Shown here: piece after piece, positions 51,300 through 63,390 of the stretch
How positions within the stretch are numbered: the stretch's first letter is position 1
How the letters are laid out: every line of letters starts with the position of its first letter
Assembly (NCBI RefSeq): GCF_032062105.1
Contig: NW_026937312.1
Location: forward strand, 558,001-622,000
Direction: 5' to 3'
DNA: 64,000 bases
Source: Saccostrea cucullata
Lineage: Eukaryota
Position numbers and translations under genes: made by a program
Notes under the pieces: model-generated
The model's database searches: none
What the model was told of the DNA's origin: nothing
Seen by the model: the letters and a program-made list of their open reading frames with translations, nothing else

Positions 51300-51414
51300 T
51301 ATCATGTTGTAAATTTTGAATTTACTAGGGGGAGGTAAATGCAAAATTTATGTTATCATATCGTAAATTTTGCATTTACCTCCCCCTAGTAAATTCAAAA
51401 TTTACAACATGATA
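51300..51414. repeat. Perfect 51-bp inverted repeat with a 13-nt spacer
   Basis: tatcatgttgtaaattttgaatttactagggggaggtaaatgcaaaattta-(tgttatcatatcg)-exact reverse complement. Confidence 0.95.
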
Positions 51415-52284
51415 CTATCATGTACATATATGGGTTTTGGGCAGGATGATTCTGCAGATTTATTTTAATTATTATGTTATGCTGTATGGGTAAACTTTAT
51501 TACTGAAGTATTAGTCTGTAGGCAGACTGTTTAAGCTCATAACAGAGCATTCAATAATCTTACGTACAGATTAGTTTCCCCCTTTTCATAACGTATTTGT
51601 TTTTCTCAATTCACTAGAAATAAATTAATTTATCCTTTTCCTTACCAGAGAAGACGTGAACAGAAATTTACCGTACTTATTGTATACAATAGTTTTACAA
51701 ATACATTATTTTAAGTTTTTGTATGCATAATAAAAAAACTCCTTGATGCATAACCAGTTATGATATTGTAAATACAAACTGTACTCGCAAATGGTGACAT
51801 CATCTTATCCATCGAATGGAATAAATTGTGATCGACTGCAGCCGGTCTCCAAAACACTATGCAAGTACTTAGTGTGCATCTCTAATAACCATTAAAGTAT
51901 TTTGTTCATATTCATTAAAGTTCTAAACAAACCACTCTTGATAATCACTACAAACAACAATTTTATTTCCCTGGCGAGGTTCCACAGAGAATAAATCAAC
52001 GTAGATCAAAGGCTACATAAACATTGGCGTTTGTTATCCTCAGGTGATGACGGAGAAAAACTGCATCGATACGGAAGTTGACAGATGAATTGGGTTTGGG
52101 ATAAGAAACTTTCAAAGCAGCTGGAGTACTTTAATTTCCATTAGTCAACTATATAAAAAAAATCTTAGCAATGTAGATATTTCCTCTTAAAAGCGTCTCT
52201 TTCTGTTCATCAATCACCCTGCAAGTACAGTGAATGCGATATTTACAATACAGAAGCATGATGCAGCAAAAGAAAAAAAGACTG

Positions 52285-53165
52285 ACAAAATTGAAATGTT
52301 CTGATGATTGTACACCCAAGTTCGCTGAAGTTGACATCAAAAAGATGCGTGAGTTTCTGATTGACAATATCTATGTCGTTTTTGGAGACCAGGTCTTCCA
52401 ACAATTTATTGGAATTCCAGTGGGTACCAATTGCGCACTGTTATTAACAGACCTATTTTTGTATTCTTTGTATTCATATGAAGCATATTTTGTGCGAAGT
52501 CTTATGCGTGAAAAAAGAAAAAAACACTTGCTGTGGCCTTCAGCTCGACATCTTTCATTCTTATGTCTATACGATACATGCTGGTAAGCTTGAGATAAAA
52601 GATACTACAGAGTCTGACATATCTGTTTCATATTTGGATATTTTACTTGAAAAAGACGTTAATCTTTAATATCCATCAACTTCCCTTACTTACGCAGCAA
52701 TATACTTTCATCACCTGCATGAGGAGTTTGAATATCTCAGTTGATTCGATACGCAAGAGCACACTCTACTTATGAACAATTTCTAAAACGAGGTAAATTA
52801 TTTACAAACAAGTTCATGAAACAAGAATTTTAGTTGTCTCGTTTAAAGTAATCATTTCGTAAATTCTATGGTCGATACAATGACCTTCTCAGCAGAGTAC
52901 AATTTATCATTGAGTCAAATGCTGACTGACGTTTTTCATACTATTTGTTAATCCATTGTTTATACACTGAATAGACAACAGTTTTCTCCGTTATTTCCCG
53001 ATCATGACAAGGAGTACATGGCGGGTGTGACCGGTCAGCAGGGGATGCTCACTCCTCCATGGCACCTGATCCCACCTCCGATGATTTGGAGGTTCGTGTT
53101 TGTTCTGCTCCTATTGTGTGTTGTTTTCTGGACTTTTGATCTTGAATACTGTTCGTTATCTCCAT
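52285..53165 (+). mobile_element. Penelope-like retroelement (Naiad-type) RT C-terminal half plus 3' UTR, degenerate
   Basis: EVDIKKMREFLIDNIYVVFGDQVFQQFIGIPVGTNCALLLTDLFLYS, LEIKDTTES..SYLD, NFPY..SNI.SSPA, SQLIRYARA, FRKFYGRYNDL. No GIY-YIG follows the RT. Confidence 0.85.
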
Positions 53166-56100
53166 ATGTTTAATTGCAAATGACCATTGGTAAGGTAAAT
53201 AAATTTACGAATTCCATTTTTTTTAATTAAAAAAGCAGCTGAGAGTCATCGCAGAATGCCCGAATTTTAATTTATCGTGGGGAATAATTGTACATTGTAT
53301 ATAAAATTGAAAAGTCGTAAGTTTCTTATGTCGTTGATTTGATCGGATTAATAAATATACACTTATAAATATAAACAAATAAAATATACATGATATGCAT
53401 GAATTGATCCTCTATAATATTTTGTCAGCAACTCAGCTTTAAGACAAAAGCATGCACTTTCAAAGAAAAAATTCCATGAAACGTTAACTTGTTTTTGATT
53501 TTTTGAGATAAGATTCTTAGAAATGATCAATAAACATTTAATAATATAATGCATGACGCAAATGGAATTTTAATCAATAACTACTACCGTTTTACATATA
53601 TAAAACTTCAATTCTCTCCTAGAAATAAATTATTAATCAAACTGAGTACGGATGATCAATTCTGATTCACCCGTGAACAGTGCATGAATAGCATCTAGAC
53701 ATCATATGAGATCTAAATAAACTATTTAATACCCATACCTTTCGTTGTTTTTTATATAAACAAAAAAAAAACACAAATAAATATTTTGACAAATAAATAC
53801 TCCTGTAAACGAACCCACAAATAAATGAATGAATTACATGTAAATGACAAGGACGCACGGCTGGTGTGACCAGTCGGCAGGAGACATTCGCTCTTCCATG
53901 GCTTCTGATTCCACCTCTGATATCTAAGAGGTCCTTGTATGCTTTGGTCCCTGTATGCTATTGCATTGTTTGAATGGACTTTTGAGCTTGAAAACAATTT
54001 GTATATTTCATTTTAAAAGTTTGAATTTAGATTTTATTCATTTTATCTCGTTTTACTTTATTTTGAGATCATCCCCAACTGCAACACCTGCCTTGAAATA
54101 TTTCTTAAATATTCAGTTGATCATTTTCTTTGCGATATCCTGAAACTTACATGTAAATCAAGATTTTAAAAACTTTGATAATAATATAATTTGTATTTTT
54201 TAATAATATTATTACGAAAATCTTTATAGAAATGAGTTTATAACACAGATCATTACAAAGATATTTTACAGTAAAAATGGAAGTTTTATACATTCTGATC
54301 ATTTCGAATCATTTTACGCACAACTTCCTTTGTAACTGATTTTAAAAGATGTTGGGTTTTTCAATGACAATGTTTATTTCTACATATATCTATTTTTTCC
54401 TGTAGACCAGCTCCTCCGATTACTAGCAGTGATCCTTCATTTATTACTGGATTTTTTTAAACGATGGAACAAAAATGGTAAGGAGCTAATTCTTTCTGAG
54501 ACTTTTAATTCGACAGTTAAATATATGAACTATGTACATCGTTATTTCATTCTTATATCAACTCGACTATATCCCAGTAAAGTCAACACGAGAAACACAC
54601 AATATACAGTCTTCACATGATTACCACTCTTGGATTATTAAATTACTGTAGGCATTGATGCAAAACAATTAACAAACCTGTATGACAGCTTTCAATAGCT
54701 TTTTCCAATATCAACTTTCCTTACATATAGATTTCCATTTCTCGATCGACATCTGATTCTGTACGTAATTCCATGTTTCGAGTATACGATCAATATTTAA
54801 ACCAAGGGAGGTTATCAAATAAGTTGATATTACATTGTTGTTTATAATATTTAAAAAAAATCAGATTTTCGCAAATTTTATTATCGATATAATGACCATA
54901 TATGCAACGAGCCTGTCCTTTTATCGGCTTTAAGAGATTTTTTGATTGTTCGTTTGATTATTTTAAAGATTCTTTAGCTTTCCTTTTATCTTAAGTTTGC
55001 TTTTGAAAATTGTTTTACAATGATAATTGTAATTGTTAATTCGGTGAAACTCTTTTTTTCAATTATATGTTCATTAAATCATCTTATGTTGAATACTCAG
55101 ACAAATAGAACATTTGACCTAAAATGTGTTGAAAACAGATGCCTTGACTGATCGATTCGTCTTTGTTGAGAAAGATTTGTGTGAAAGACTGAAAAGGAAG
55201 TGCCCATTTTTCATTTTGATAAGTCTTCCTAATCTATCCCTTTGCTATTATTAAACGAATGAAAAATATTTTTTGTTTGCAGATTAATTTTTTCGCTTTA
55301 AAGGGCGGGAATTCTACTGAAGAAAAATCATTCGTCATAACACTTTGCCCCTCATTTTTGAGAAATCCAAAGATTTTCTGACAAAGACCTTTAATTAAGC
55401 CGCACAATGCATCATCTATTCCCTTCTCTCTCAGCTTATTTTGTCCTAAGCCATGGTTTTAAGAAAACCCGTAACTTTTTTTCATTTTTTATTTCTAAAA
55501 CAATACATCTCACTTATACTGGCAATTTCCTTGACTGGTTCAATTTCCCATTAAGAAGGATCGATCCAGTTCGGAGTGAAAAAATTATTTTCATTACAGG
55601 CTTGTGTCAGAATAAAACAAATAGTGTTAAAATCTATACTGCATTATCAAGCTTAATTTTATATCCACAAGAGGGATGTCACATAGGGCAGTTTTACTGA
55701 TCACGAACAAGGGACAAGCGATAAGAATGGGAAAGTAGACCGTCGCTTACCACTTTTGCATAAATAACAACAGGGACATTAGGATGTAGACAGAATGGTA
55801 ATTATCTATACAAGATGAGGGAAAACAATGGCGTATATTTATTGAACGATATGAGAAACATATCCTAGTTTCTTTGAAAATTTGAGACAATTCTTCATAA
55901 AAATAAAAATGTCCTAATGACAACAGAAGTTTCCTTTGTTAGTATGTATAAGTAGACGAAATGGCAATGGCAAGCAAGTATATTAACGGATCAACTATTT
56001 TCAAATTGGGCTTAAAAATTATTTTAAACCAGAAATTCGTGTGACTTTTCAGAATTGTCATTTTATGTATTGATTTATGTATGTCTGCCTAATGCCAATA

Positions 56101-57309
56101 GAAAAATAAGATAATCAGAGAGTTGAAAGTCATTTATTTTCCAGTAAAATATTGCACAAAACATGCGGCTGAAAATAAATGACAGAGGAAAAAACACAAT
56201 CAAAATTAACATTCCCTGTAAAAACAATTACAAGTCCAACTGCATAATAGAGTACATGAAAATGTAAAAGGCAGTTTTTTGTAAAGTGGTCAGAAAAACA
56301 TATATACAAAATAACATATAATCTCAAGACTACTTAAGTTCCATTGCTTACATCTGTATAGAAAATGTAACTGTACATCATCAAAAGGCAAAAATGCAAT
56401 ACTGTACATCACCAGCTTATGTGACTAGCATATCATATGCAGACTAGACATAGATGAGTAAAAAATATATAGTCATATCACAACTAGTACCCGTGATATA
56501 TACCCCTATGGGGGGCGCTATCCCCCCGGGCACTATAAAAGGCAATTACGGGTACAACTGCACAACGTGTACATGAAAATGTAAAGTGGCAGAAAAACAT
56601 GTATACAAAATAACATACAAATATCACTGATACTATATGTATAAAAAAGGAGGAGGGGAGGGAGGTGGTAAGCCTGAATTTTCTTTGTTTACATAATACG
56701 GAATGCGCATGCGCATCAGACAAAGTAACTCGTTCCTAGATCACATTAAAAATAGTACAAACAAATACTCTACCACAGGGGATGCAACATACATAAATAA
56801 TTTATTGGCATAAATTATGTTTTATGTATGTCTGCCTAATGCCAATAGAAAATAAGATAATCAGAGAGTTGAAAGTCATTTATTTTCCAGTAAAATATTG
56901 CACAAAACATGCGGCTGAAAATAAATGACAGAGGAAAAAACACAATCAAAATTAACATTCCCTGTAAAAACAATTACAAGTCCAACTGCATAATAGAGTA
57001 CATGAAAATGTAAAAGGCAGTTTTTTGTAAAGTGGTCAGAAAAAACATATATACAAAATAACATATAATCTCAAGACTACTTAAGTTCCATTGCTTACAT
57101 CTGTATAGAAAATGTAACTGTACATCATCAAAAGGCAAAAATGCAATACTGTACATCACCAGCTTATGTGACTAGCATATCATATGCAGACTAGACATAG
57201 ATGAGTAAAAAATATATAGTCATATCACAACTAGTACCCGTGATATATACCCCTATGGGGGGCGCTATCCCCCCCTTAACAAGGTATTCAACATATGCTG
57301 GATGGCTTG

Positions 57310-57714
57310 TTAACGCCCCTCTACTCCCAATGTTAAATTTGCTGAGCTGGAAATGCTATGAGGCGACTGTTCTGAGATGTTATTTGAGGTATTTGTATGG
57401 TTCATACCTGGTGTCGCCACTGGCGACGTGATTTCCTGTAACAATGAAGGCGTTGTTTGTTGACTGTCAGTTCTTTGTTGAGATCCCTCATGGTAGTCCT
57501 TCATATATTGCTTGAAAGTGTCCTCTATTGTTGGAAGCATCCGTTGCATGCATTCTTTTATCATGGTTTCCATTTGAGGAATTGGTGCTGTGATTTGTGC
57601 TGTCACATCCAGAGGTACTGGTTGTGGTGTTGCGTCCAGAGAGGGTTCTGTAGTTGGAGATGGTCCCACTGTTGAGGATTTTGCACGTCTCCTCCTTTTG
57701 GGTTGGGTTGCCAT
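57310..57714 (-). pseudogene. Truncated gag-like ORF of the DIRS/Ngaro element
   Basis: MATQPKRRRR start, P/T/S-rich region and helical segment. It ends at LTLGVEG, near the internal deletion. Acceptor cttacag lies 4 nt upstream of the ATG. Confidence 0.6.
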
Positions 57715-58765
57715 GATCCTGTAAGTAAATGATTAAATTAGCTCTGAGTACAGTAGAACAAGCCTATGTCTTGTTCTATAGCTTTTGTCGATATAGCTCT
57801 AGCTTAAATCAGTATCAAAACTATGTAGCAATCACATTATATAGCAGTTATTTGCATGTGATTTACAGAGTATAGCACAAGTGCTGATGGTTGAGCGCAT
57901 AAAATATAGCTTAAAAGCTACTGCAGCTCTTAATCTAAATATAGCCCTCATGCTTATTATAGCTTCTGTTGGGCTCTATGCATAAATTGAGCTGGTTATT
58001 GCACAAAATGTATTGCACTTAAAATATAGCTTTTAGCTGCTGTGCATATCATAAATAAATACAGCACTGACTGTGTACTGTGTATTATATAAAACATTTA
58101 AATATAGCAATTATGCTGAAATAGATTCATACTCATAGTATGTATTCATATAGTGCCTTTGCATCAAAATTAAAACACTCTTAGGCTGAGATGCATGCAA
58201 ATAGCAATTTTAGCTGCTGTGCATATCAGATATAGCCTTTAAAGGCTTGTAGTAATAACCCATGATAATATAATACAAAGGTTTTATAAACTGTATCAAT
58301 TCAGCAACAACTAGCCTATCCAACTGGGGGGAAAATGTGTCCCAGAGTCGAAAGGTGAGCAAATTATTGCTGTGAGCGATAGTTATCACGCTGTAGTTAA
58401 CCAAATAAATGGAAATGATATTACCTGTGAACGTCAAATTAATATGTGTTCTAATCAGTACTAGGCAGAAATCTGTGTTGCTGATTTTCTTCTGCTGAAA
58501 GAGTCAATTATTAAATGTACAAAGATAAGAGAAAAACAAATGGAAATAATAAAACAATAGCTCGGTTAACATAATAAATTGAATGAAACAATTTTTTTTG
58601 TTAATTACACCTCCTGTAAATAGACCTTTTACTTTTTCCATAAGAATGTTCAAAAATGAAATTTTCTAACAAAGCAATAACATTAAAGTAAGAATGCAAT
58701 GCTACAAATTATAAATACTTTGTCGTATTATCACAAAAACACACAATTCAATGAAGCCCCTGTCT

Positions 58766-59356
58766 TCAAGATTGTGTAACAATAGGTCCTCCATTAGTCA
58801 GTTGATGAAGGAAAACACCCCTGATTTGACGTAGAAGTTTATAATTGCCTAGGTCGTTTAAGTGCACCCCGTCTCTTAATATTGGGTCTTGACTATTGGT
58901 AAAACCCCGTAATTTCCAGAATGTTATTTCGTGTTCCAAACAATTGATTCTTAAACATTCATTGGCCTGGGTTACTCTTTGGCTATATAGTTCTGCGGAC
59001 ACCACTCTTGTACGGTCTCTTGGAAAATAACTCAATGCGGTCACAGATCTAAGCTGACATTGATGTTTAAGTTGTGTTAAGAATGAAACAAACTTTGTCA
59101 CAAAAAGTTCCACTGGACCAGGTGCGTCCAAGTCATTACCCCCTAACAGCACAATAAGATGGTGTGGGTTAATCTCCTGCACAATTGAGGTGAATTTCCG
59201 TAGATGATTATTATTCCTCACAAGTCCACCATTTATACCATAATAACTCACGGAAGTTAATTCTCGAATATTAAATGAATCAGAAGCAGGTCGACCGGGA
59301 TCTATATATAGACGAAGTCTGTTTACATGGGAATCTCCTATGATGAGTGACGTCAT
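58766..59356 (-). CDS. SGNH/GDSL hydrolase carried by the element
   Basis: All four blocks are intact: IIGDSH, GINGG, LGGNDL, RDGVHLN. 196 aa from the ATG at 59356. Confidence 0.9.
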   Translation of the reverse strand: MTSLIIGDSHVNRLRLYIDPGRPASDSFNIRELTSVSYYGINGGLVRNNNHLRKFTSIVQEINPHHLIVLLGGNDLDAPGPVELFVTKFVSFLTQLKHQCQLRSVTALSYFPRDRTRVVSAELYSQRVTQANECLRINCLEHEITFWKLRGFTNSQDPILRDGVHLNDLGNYKLLRQIRGVFLHQLTNGGPIVTQS

Positions 59357-60589
59357 CGTTGTAAACAAAGGGATTCTGCTTGCATTGTCACCATTTGTAA
59401 ATTGTACACAGTATAACAGCAGAATAGTAACTACTTATCCGTCAGCAAGTTATAAATCATCAGTAAGTTATACAATAGTCGCTCATACATTTGCAAGGTG
59501 AAAAATCACATTGTCTCTCAAGTTACGCAACTGTAGATGATCAGTCCTCGAAGTGACGCTTTCTCAATTTCTTACCGAGGATCGAGGAAACTAGACTTAA
59601 ACCATTATAAAAACATCCCACAAGTTGAATAAGTCAGGTTGAGACTTACGTTTGGTGAAATATCCTTATCGAGATGTAGAAATTCGCTGTTTTGGTTCTC
59701 TGTTTTTAAGCCTGAATTTTCTTTGTTTACATAATACGGAATGCGCATGCGCATCAGACAAAGTAACTCGTTCCTAGATCACATTAAAAATAGTACAAAC
59801 AAATACTCTACCACAGGGGATGCAACATACATAAATAATTTATTGGCATAAATTATGTTTTATATCTGCTTTTTCTATTAAACGTTTCTACCAAGCAATC
59901 ATTGTGAAAATAGACATTGAATTATTAAATATTATCACCAGTGGGACAATTTTGCGATATCGATGGAAACATTTTTTTCTCATTACTTTATACAAAGGGC
60001 GAGGAGAATAAACAGCTATCGTCCTAATAAAATCTATAAGCAATACAAATTATACCATCTAATTATACGAAGGTATACCATCTAATGCTTTAATTGAATC
60101 AACGATAATGATCATGATTAATTAAAACAATACTAATTGGCTGTAATTGCCCAATATAATCAATTTCTAATACGGTATAAAAAAGAACCACAGAAAACTT
60201 TGAAATGTAAAATTAAGCAATACAAATATTTAAAGACAGTTTATTACAGTGTAAGAAACTACAGCTTAAAGTATTTTCTTCAACATTACATATATGTAGG
60301 ATACAGTATGTAAAAGGCAATTTTAGGACATTATCAGACTATTTTCCTTACTACGTAATTAGATTTTTATGAAACCTCTGATGCATGATGAAGACTAAAT
60401 ATGCTGATTGACACCTCACTTATGCTGATTCTATTTTTATTTAATTTGGTCAGTGCTACCATTAAGATGTTAATGAAGTCGGAAGGAGTGAAAATAATGA
60501 ACACTAATATCATTAAATATTACTTTGAATTTTATTTTTGTAACCAAAATTAATAACATCAAAACGTATGAATTTCTCACAAAACCCTT

Positions 60590-61920
60590 TCCAAAGATAA
60601 ATTAAAGTCCAAGCTTTTTGACATCATAGAGAGTGTCTTATTCAAGAAAAAATGAAACTCGAAAACTTACGTTGTAATTGCTAATGTGCAATTTATTTTG
60701 TTATAGAAACATTCTTATTATACATTCAGCTATAGGGTCTTCGAAAATGGTCGTAAAAAGATGCCTGGGCATCTGAGTGATAATATGAAAAAGGTGAAGA
60801 GAAAGAACATTGATTGATCTAAAAAACAAAAATAATTTTCTTTTTGTATAAATAAATAAAAACAAAATAAATTTTAGGTGGGATCAAGTGTCTAGGGGGA
60901 GTAATCATCCTTTATTGACCTGTCAAACACGCCTGAACACTATGTTTTATCAGGTAGTCGGAACATACCGTAGTCAAACTCATAATTCACATTAAGTACC
61001 GGTGTTACATAGGTATGAAACAAATCAGGCAAACTACCACATAATAAAAGAACATCTTTGTTTACAAGTTCATGATTACCACCAATGATCATTCATGACT
61101 TTAAACAAGGTTTTGAAATTCTTGAACACCAATCAATCTGTCGATAGCCTATTGAAGTTAGAAATCTGGTCGTATTCAGAGCAGGCTCTGTATCAAAATT
61201 AGTAAGGAAAATACAAAATATATGCAGATGAGAGCGGAATAATACTACCCGAATAAGGAAAGTTGACGATTAAAAAGTTAAAGTATTCTCGTTTGTCATA
61301 CAACTTAGCTGTAAAATGGCCCCAATGCCTAAAGTCAGTAAAACATCCAAATATGAAACAGATGTGGCAAATTCAGTAATGTTTATTATTTCAATTTCAA
61401 TTTGATATATCGAATATCCTTAACTTTATTTTAAAATGAAAGTAATTATTTTAATTGATATCACATCGTTGATATATTTATTGTCCAGTTGAAGACCCTG
61501 ACAAGTGTTTTCTTCTACACTTGTAGAAGTTTTGAAAAGATTCTGATTCATTGGAACATATTAGACAGGTTGTCCAATATCTATAGCTTTTGGGGATCAA
61601 ATGTCCAGCAATCTGTTTGAATACCCATAGATGCCCATTCGTGCTTATCATTTGCTATGCGTGCTGTTCATGTTGAATTTATGCTAGTATGCTAACTGGA
61701 TCTGCTGTTTATATTGATTTATGCTACCAACGCTGGCTGTTCATAATGTATGATTACATGCATATGGTGGGTGTGACCGGACGGCAGGGAATGCCCAATT
61801 ATTCATGGCACCTGATCCCACCTCTGATGTTTTGGAGGTCCGTATTTGCTCTGCTCCTATTTTGTATTGTTTAATGGACTTTTGAGCTTGAATACTAGTA
61901 CTGTTCCTTATCTCCTTATA
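60590..61920. mobile_element. Further decayed Penelope-like fragments
   Basis: RT-like remnant at ~60590-60780, - strand 3' motif at 60876-60935 with an upstream RT remnant to ~61470, and a + strand 3' motif at 61763-61915. Confidence 0.65.
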
Positions 61921-62859
61921 TTGCTAGCTTTACTTGATGTTCAAGCTTATTATTGTTAGCTATTATGTAAGTAGCTATGCAGTTTATAGCTAGTGTTGCT
62001 AGCAATGCCTGCTGATTATGCTAATTTTATTATAGAAATACCAGCTGTTCATGTTGACTGTAGCTAGTATTAATACACATAATTACTACGTTATGTTCGA
62101 TTGCAGCTAGTTATGAAACATATGTAGTAAATATTTTATGTTCATGCTGATTGTATTAAACTTGTGCATTGCTTCTTATTTACCCTGATTATTAGCCATG
62201 TTTGCAGTTCATGGTAACTGGAGTTATAATTGCCAGTGATTGTATGCTGTTTTTAAACAAGTATCTGTTCATACTGATGTTAATTATCGTATGAAGAATT
62301 AAGTATCAGAAAGTAGCCTCTTTACTTCAACAGGTCTTAGAGAATTTAGAAAAGTTTAATTCATTTTAAAATCTGTTTGAGAATTAAAAGACATGCATGT
62401 TTTACTTTAGAATAAATAATTAAAAATCACGTTTCTCTTAAACATAAGCCTTGGAAATACATGTAGTTATAGATGTTAAAAAAAAAACAAAAAAAAAACA
62501 AACAACAAAACTTTAAACAATCTTAATGAAAATCCTAAATTCCAATCCTCATGTTCAAGATAACAAGCCATATGCTATGAAAGTAATATAAAAACTTATC
62601 CTTGATCTCTCAATTTACGATGTCTCTTTCGTGCTTGATCATCATCATGGATTTTGCGGGCTTTTGGTCTAGAATCGTGACAAGGTCTAATATCTTTAAC
62701 CTGCTAAAGTATCAAGTCTCTCCATGGTTTGAACACCAACACGAGAAATCTACAAGTCGCACTCAATTCATCGTTTAAATAAAATTTTGCTTCTTGGAAA
62801 TACACCATTGTGAAAAATTAACGAATTACAAAACAGAACTTATTTGCTTCGTAGAGAGA

Positions 62860-63390
62860 TCAATACATAATGAATATTTCATACAAAGAATTGATAATGT
62901 TAGGATAGACTACAATGGTATAACAAGTAAAAGGGACAAAGAGGCGCAAAACACTAAGAGATGATACTTTGTGACTTAGTTGTATTGCAGTGAATGAACG
63001 CACAATAATTAATTGTAGCTTCCGATCGTGATTTCGCTGCTGCCGTAAGATATATCGAGTCAAAAACATTCCGATAATCAACTCAGCTTTTCCTAAACTC
63101 CGAGTGTTGTCATCTTTATTCTTCCTCAGAACTACTTCTAGTAGCAGCGCGGGAAAAACGGGATCGCGCGGGAAAATCCATCGTATGTTAGACGCGCTTG
63201 GGATCATCTTGTTCATTGCCGTTGTTGATTTCGTCTGAAAGTGATTTGATGCATCCTTGTTGGTTTCTGTCGCGGTTCGTTGTAATCTACACTCTGCGTT
63301 ATGTACATCGATTCTAGTGTAACGTGCCACGGTCCCATGTAAATTTCCAGGAATTGTTTCAATGAACACATGATAATGCATTCTGTGTAA
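62860..63390 (-). other. Possible exon of an unidentified gene
   Basis: 192-codon open frame that is less AT-rich than its flanks, with a candidate acceptor tttacacag at ~63383. No recognisable domain. Confidence 0.25.

Larger units (their letters stand above)
56074..59863 (-). mobile_element. Internally deleted Ngaro/PAT-type tyrosine-recombinase (DIRS superfamily) retrotransposon with split direct repeats
   Basis: On -: A1 (59863-59707), SGNH ORF, gag-like ORF, partial B1 (~57273-56821), A2 (56825-56668), B2 (56667-56074). No RT, RNase H or YR is left. Confidence 0.85.

Noticed and set aside
53015-53100. Hammerhead, HDV-like or twister ribozyme in the Penelope 3' motif
   Set aside because: I could not fit the required cores or pseudoknots by eye on either strand. 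It is kept only as a structured-RNA candidate.
56130-57159. Duplicated small hydrophobic ORFs
   Set aside because: These are chance frames within the B repeats of the element.
58766-59356. Horizontally acquired bacterial GDSL lipase gene
   Set aside because: It sits within the split direct repeats of a DIRS-type element, a group already known to carry SGNH domains.
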